Position numbers and translations under genes: made by a program. The notes under the pieces were generated by a model that saw nothing but the letters and a program-made list of their open reading frames with translations, was not told the origin of the DNA and searched no databases. Positions 59,194 through 64,000 of a stretch of DNA of 64,000 nucleotides are shown here, in pieces (positions within the stretch are counted from its first letter, which is position 1; the number at the start of each line of letters is the position of its first letter). Origin of the DNA: Acidobacteriota bacterium (GTDB taxonomy: Bacteria > Acidobacteriota > CAIWXX01); NCBI GenBank assembly GCA_040755995.1, contig JBFMAF010000013.1, positions 64,757 to 128,756 on the forward strand. The letters run 5' to 3'.

Positions 59194-59250
59194 CTGACGA
59201 GGAGCGGATGAAGGTGATCGAGCGGACCAACGATTTTGCCGGAGTCCCCG

Positions 59251-60405
59251 ATGCGGTTTGAGTTCGCCACCGCGAACCGGATCATCTTCGGAGACGGGTG
59301 CCTGCGGCAGGTCGGTGACCTGACCGTCGAGCTCGGCCGGCGGGCCCTCGTCGTTACGGGAAACAGCGTCAGCAGGGCCGTTCCGCTGCTCGAGATCCTC
59401 TCGGTCTATCAGGTGGGCTACGTGGTGTTCCCGGTTGCCGGAGAGCCCACCGTCGACGTCGTGCGGGAGGCGGCGGACATAGCGCGCGAGCGCACCTGCG
59501 ATCTGGTGATCGGATTCGGCGGGGGCAGTGCGCTGGATGCGGGCAAGGCCGCATCCGCATTGCTCACCAACCCGGGGGATCTCATGGACTACCTTGAGGT
59601 CATCGGTCGCGGTCAGGCGCTTCCGCAGCCAGCCGCTCCGTACGTGGCCATTCCGACTACCGCGGGCACCGGCACCGAAGTCACTCGGAACGCCGTCCTG
59701 GCGTCGCCGGATCACGGCGTCAAGGTCAGTCTCAGGAGCCGGCTCATGGTGCCGAGGGTGGCGCTGGTCGACCCCGTGCTGACGCACAGCATGCCGCCCG
59801 AGATCACGGCGAGCACCGGGATGGATGCGCTGACGCAGTTGATCGAACCATACGTGTCCGCAAAGGCGACTCCGATAACCGATGCGCTGTGCGTCGAGGG
59901 CATCCGGTTGGCGGCCCGATCGCTACGCCGCGCGTGCGAGCATGGTGATGATGCGATCGCGCGGTCGGACATGGCTCGGGCGAGTCTTTTTGGTGGAATG
60001 GCGCTCGCGAACGCTTCGCTTGGCGCCGTTCACGGTTTCGCCGCCGCGATCGGCGGTGCCACCGCGGGGCCGCACGGAGCGGTGTGTGCGCGGCTGCTGC
60101 CGGGTGTGGTCGAGGCGAACTGGCGAGCTTTGACTGAGCGGGCAAGGGGAAGCGACGCGCTGCGTCGATACCGGGAAGTCGCAAGAATACTGACCGGCGA
60201 CTCGATGAGTACCGCCCAAGACGGCGTCGAATGGCTGTATCGGCTGTGCGAAGACCTGAAGATTCCGCGACTGCGAGCTTATGGGTTGACTCTCCAGGAC
60301 CTTGCTGGAATCGTCGACAAGTCGGCCAAAGCAAGCAGCATGAAAGGCAACCCGATCCAGCTAACCACCAGCGAGATGATGGCGATTGTGGAGAGGGCAC
60401 TGTAA
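59251..60405 (+). CDS. Iron-containing (group III) alcohol dehydrogenase family oxidoreductase.
   Basis: GGGSALDAGKA NAD-binding motif. Fe-ADH length. GGAG RBS. Confidence 0.7.
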   Translation: MRFEFATANRIIFGDGCLRQVGDLTVELGRRALVVTGNSVSRAVPLLEILSVYQVGYVVFPVAGEPTVDVVREAADIARERTCDLVIGFGGGSALDAGKAASALLTNPGDLMDYLEVIGRGQALPQPAAPYVAIPTTAGTGTEVTRNAVLASPDHGVKVSLRSRLMVPRVALVDPVLTHSMPPEITASTGMDALTQLIEPYVSAKATPITDALCVEGIRLAARSLRRACEHGDDAIARSDMARASLFGGMALANASLGAVHGFAAAIGGATAGPHGAVCARLLPGVVEANWRALTERARGSDALRRYREVARILTGDSMSTAQDGVEWLYRLCEDLKIPRLRAYGLTLQDLAGIVDKSAKASSMKGNPIQLTTSEMMAIVERAL

Positions 60406-60570
60406 GAGCCTGGGAAGCAGTCGGCGGCTGCGAGAAGACGCGCCGCGCCACAGCTGGTTGGTTGCTTGACCCTTCGGACGATCGCCATTATAGTTACAGT
60501 ATGAGACACAGCCTCTGGCATTCTGGGCTCACATAGCTCTGCTCTTCGCAGCAAAAAGGGAGAGGGAGGA

Positions 60571-60816
60571 ATGCCGACCTTGACCGACAACGTAGCTCCA
60601 CGGTTGAGAGAGGTTCTCGCGCCTATCGTCGGAGAATTCGTGGCCAAGACGTCGCTGAGCATGGCTGCAAAGAAGATAGGCAAGACCACGGAGACGGTCA
60701 CGCTTGGTGACATTCCCAAGCTCGCCGAAGCCCTCCGGCCCGCTCTCCGCACCCTCATCGGCGCTCAGGCGACCGAGTCGGTGCTCAAGGATGTGAGCGA
60801 ACTGGGCGGCAGCTAG
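60571..60816 (+). CDS. Small hypothetical protein (81 aa) with a very strong RBS.
   Basis: GGGAGAGGGAGGA immediately upstream of the ATG. No recognisable motif. Confidence 0.35.
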   Translation: MPTLTDNVAPRLREVLAPIVGEFVAKTSLSMAAKKIGKTTETVTLGDIPKLAEALRPALRTLIGAQATESVLKDVSELGGS

Positions 60817-60964
60817 GAAGGCGTAAAGCAGACCCACATGAGATTGGGGGATGTCCCGGCATTGTCGGCACTTGTAGTATTCTCTGGCGCCGCCCCGGGA
60901 GTGTTCATTGTCCGCTAGACGCAGGCATAGCAACCGATCAGGTTGACTGGCCGAGGAGGGTTTG

Positions 60965-61789
60965 ATGAAGTATTGCGTACTGGCCCTTATACCGCTGGCC
61001 CTTGGACTGTTTCACCTGGTTCTCTTCTTCGTGCTTTCAGACAGCACCTATACTCCGTTCGTATTCAACGAGGTCATTGTAGTCAAGATGCTCGGGTTCC
61101 TGGGCTGTCTGGCAGTCGCACTGAAGTTCGGGAAGGGTGACTACCCGAGGCGAGCCTGGACCTTGGTGGGCCTCAGTCTGCTCTTGTTCGCGGTCAACGA
61201 CATTTTCTTCCGCTCGATTGTGCCAAAACTGCTCGGCGATAGCCTCGCCAATGCAGTCAGCGGATTCGTTGTCGCGGTCGGCAACGTGTCCTTCATCCTG
61301 GGTGGCGTCATACTTGCCAGAACCTGGGCGTCCATTGGATTCACGTTCCCGGGTCGGCCATGGGCCAGGTGGCTGCTGTACGGAGCGGCCATCGCCGTCA
61401 CACTGGTTCTCGTGGGTCCGTCAGTCATCTTGGGACTTCGGAACACGCTGGACGGCAACTTCACTATGTGGGAGGTCGTGACGGACATGGTATCCGGACT
61501 GGGTGATCTCATCATCTTGAGCCTCATCGGCCCTATTCTGCTCATCGCACTCTCGCTCCGTGGCGGAGTCGTGAGATGGCCTTGGATATTCCTTACCCTC
61601 GTGCTGGCCGGCTGGCTCCTGTTTGATGGCGTCAACTCGTGGTATGCGACGTTCGGACTGACCGATCGGCAACACCTGTGGCTCCGCGAGTTCTTCCGGA
61701 TCCTCGCCTGTCTGTATACGATGTCAGCTGCACTGGCGCAGCTTCATGTCATGCGGGACTTGAACAAGGAAGGAGCGACGCCGGCATAG
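60965..61789 (+). CDS. Polytopic membrane protein (~7-8 TM), unknown function.
   Basis: Hydrophobic periodicity throughout. Confidence 0.45.
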   Translation: MKYCVLALIPLALGLFHLVLFFVLSDSTYTPFVFNEVIVVKMLGFLGCLAVALKFGKGDYPRRAWTLVGLSLLLFAVNDIFFRSIVPKLLGDSLANAVSGFVVAVGNVSFILGGVILARTWASIGFTFPGRPWARWLLYGAAIAVTLVLVGPSVILGLRNTLDGNFTMWEVVTDMVSGLGDLIILSLIGPILLIALSLRGGVVRWPWIFLTLVLAGWLLFDGVNSWYATFGLTDRQHLWLREFFRILACLYTMSAALAQLHVMRDLNKEGATPA

Positions 61790-61832
61790 CCGGTCTCGCA
61801 ATCCAAGTGACGCGGGCAACTTCACACGGCCG

Positions 61833-62177
61833 TTGCGTATCGAGGACCTCGCAACGCAAGTCGACATGAGCACGTCGACCTTCCATCATCATTTCCGAAT
61901 GCTAAGGGCCAGGGGCCCGTTGCAGTTTCATGGGTTGCTGCGTTTGAACGAAGCGCGGCGCATGATGCTCACAGATCGTCTGGATGCAACAAAGGCGGCG
62001 TTTCAGGTCGGTTATGAGTGCGCCTCCCAATTCAGCCGCGCGTACAGTCGCTTATTCGGTGCACCCCCGCTACGAGGCGCCGCAAACTCGCGTCAAGTAG
62101 CTGCCGGTGAGAGGGGAAAACAGCGTTTCCAACGCGGGATGCGTCACAGATGCAGCTCGCCGCTCGTCCAGGGCTGA
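61833..62177 (+). pseudogene. AraC-family HTH domain only (N-terminal ligand/dimerisation domain absent). Likely a truncated regulator remnant.
   Basis: LATQVDMSTSTFHHHFR...GYECASQFSRAYSRLFGAPP is the canonical second AraC HTH. The ORF is only 114 aa. Confidence 0.4.
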
Positions 62178-62269
62178 CTGACGCCCGATCCTTGTTCGAA
62201 CGATACCGTTGAGGTATCGTGTCGATTGGTCAGCGCCTCCGCGCGACCTCAGGAGGTTCTCGGAGAATC

Positions 62270-63934
62270 ATGACGCGGCCCAACGGGTATCCTATCGTTC
62301 TCTCAGCCCCTTTGACCGAAATCGTAGACAACCCGGGCTTCTTCATTCAGATGGGACTGGCGTCCCTGCCCGGCTGGATGGAATGGGCCATCACGAGGAC
62401 CTATCCCCGCTGGCGAGAGGTTCCCGTGGAGCCTGGCGGCACCGCGGGCGTCGCCCCGTGCGGCTTGCGAACGCTCGAGAACGTGCTCGGGAAGACGTTC
62501 GGTACTGATAACGTGGCCGTGTGCTATCCGGATGGGCTCGGTGCTTTCATCGGACCGGATACGCGCGTCGTCGCAATCTCGACGCACAATCCTCTCGGAA
62601 CAACATTTGCGGCCGGCGTCTACGCCTCGATCTTCGGCTCGAGCAAAGATCCTATCAACGCCGTCTACGCGCGGCGAATGTTTGAGAACGTGAAGGCAAG
62701 CCCCCATCGGGAGAGCTTCAGAGTCATCGTGGGGGGCTCGGGCGCGTGGCAAATCCAGGAGACGAGCTCGCTCGATGATCTTGGTGTCGACTGTGTCGTG
62801 GAGGGACGCTCCGAATCGCCGGAGGTGCTCGACGTCTTCAGGAAGGCCCTCGCGGGAGAGCCCATCCCGCGCGAGATCCGTGGGACCCACCCAATAGATC
62901 CTGATGCAATTGCGGTTCCGGTCAAGCGCACGACGTTCGGCGTCATCGAGATGACGACGGGTTGCGGCCGGCGCTGCGCGTTTTGCGCACCCGACAACAG
63001 CCCTCGAATCGACGTCCCCAAAGAAAAGATCATGGCGGCGGTGAAGGCAAACGTCGAGGCGGGCAATGACCAGATTTCGCTCGCTACCGAAGACATGTTC
63101 ATCTGGGGATCGGGCCGTGCTTGCTTTGTTCCGAATCGCGAGGCGCTCATCGACATCCATTCGTCGATTGCGGGCTACCCGGGCGTGCGCCACGTTCTGC
63201 TCTCGCACGGGACAATGGCGCCGGTGGTTGTCGACCCGGCGCTCATTCGAGAGCTTTCGGACATCCTTCTGGACAAGAGTCCCCTGGAGCTTCCGCAGGT
63301 TTCGACTCACCCTAGGGGGCGGGTCTTGAGCCCGCTCATCGGTATCGAAACCGGCTCGCCCCGGCTCGCGAAGAAGCTAATGCCGGGGAAGGCACTTCCC
63401 TTCGACATCTCGGAGTGGCCGAGCGTCGTCATCGAGGGGCTCACGATCCTGAACAGGAACAACTGGATCCCGGTCATGACGCTCATCGTGGGCTCACCGG
63501 AGGAGACCGGCGAGGACATCGAGGCCACGCTCGATCTTCTGTACGAGATGGAGCGGCGGAGCCTCAAGGCGCTTCTCGTGCCGTCGATCTTCACGCCGCT
63601 CCGCGACACTCGCATGCGGAACAGGCGCGGGATTACGCGCACCAGGGGGATTTCGCAGCTCCAGTGGCAGCTCATCATGAAGTCGTGGCAGATGAGTGCG
63701 CGCATCGGGCTACAGACCGGGTGGGTTCGTACGGCGTGGCCCCTGGGCTCCTACCTCTTCTGGGCCCTCCAAGGCAGACGCGCCAACGGACCGAACTTCA
63801 CCTGGCCCCTCTTCCTCTTTGCCGGTTTTCCAGAAGCCCTGCTCAGGAAACTCGGCGGGCTCTATCGCGGAGTCCCGCTACAGCTCAAGCACCGCGACGA
63901 GCTCTTCGCGACGGGCAATCACACGATGCGGTAG
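62270..63934 (+). CDS. B12-binding-domain radical SAM enzyme.
   Basis: CxxxCxxC cluster in TTGCGRRCAFCA. N-terminal Rossmann-like B12-binding-type region. GGAGAA RBS. Confidence 0.6.
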   Translation: MTRPNGYPIVLSAPLTEIVDNPGFFIQMGLASLPGWMEWAITRTYPRWREVPVEPGGTAGVAPCGLRTLENVLGKTFGTDNVAVCYPDGLGAFIGPDTRVVAISTHNPLGTTFAAGVYASIFGSSKDPINAVYARRMFENVKASPHRESFRVIVGGSGAWQIQETSSLDDLGVDCVVEGRSESPEVLDVFRKALAGEPIPREIRGTHPIDPDAIAVPVKRTTFGVIEMTTGCGRRCAFCAPDNSPRIDVPKEKIMAAVKANVEAGNDQISLATEDMFIWGSGRACFVPNREALIDIHSSIAGYPGVRHVLLSHGTMAPVVVDPALIRELSDILLDKSPLELPQVSTHPRGRVLSPLIGIETGSPRLAKKLMPGKALPFDISEWPSVVIEGLTILNRNNWIPVMTLIVGSPEETGEDIEATLDLLYEMERRSLKALLVPSIFTPLRDTRMRNRRGITRTRGISQLQWQLIMKSWQMSARIGLQTGWVRTAWPLGSYLFWALQGRRANGPNFTWPLFLFAGFPEALLRKLGGLYRGVPLQLKHRDELFATGNHTMR

Positions 63935-64000
63935 CCCCCCGGATAAGGCGACTAGAGTCGATGTCTCGAGCGGTCGGCAATCGCACGGCCAGTGGTACCT

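Overview
High-GC (~65%) chromosomal window from a Gram-negative (diderm) bacterium. The diderm call rests on the LptF/LptG, MurJ, BamB-like, outer-membrane-porin and Dcp genes.

Content in order:
- (i) An amino-acid decarboxylase/antiporter locus with two tandem paralogous fold-I PLP decarboxylases, an AdiC-like antiporter, a CxxCH haem-motif lipoprotein and a coiled-coil porin.
- (ii) An accessory patch with a VapBC module, an Rpn/YhgA-like nuclease, and an unusual ExeA-like AAA+ ATPase fused to three zinc ribbons.
- (iii) A housekeeping block: M16 peptidase pair, mutA-mutB-meaB, hybrid sensor kinase, ackA-pta, lptFG fusion-murJ-dtd-xerD, dcp.
- (iv) A tRNA-Sec (selC) gene.
- (v) A second VapBC module and a ferritin-like gene, bracketed by an inverted partial duplicate of an ABC-exporter gene.
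- (vi) From ~48.5 kb to the window end, a condensation-domain-free NRPS-like cluster that I consider the most likely undescribed system, plausibly making an amino-acid-containing lipid. Its genes are: an A-PCP-LpxL-like acyltransferase, an IDH-like/isochorismatase fusion, an A-PCP-TE, a YhhN-like membrane protein, an ABM monooxygenase, a Fe-ADH, a small ORF, an AraC remnant and a B12-binding radical SAM enzyme. A divergent ABC exporter lies immediately upstream.

No CRISPR array or rRNA was seen. Most long antisense ORFs in the six-frame track are GC-rich artefacts.
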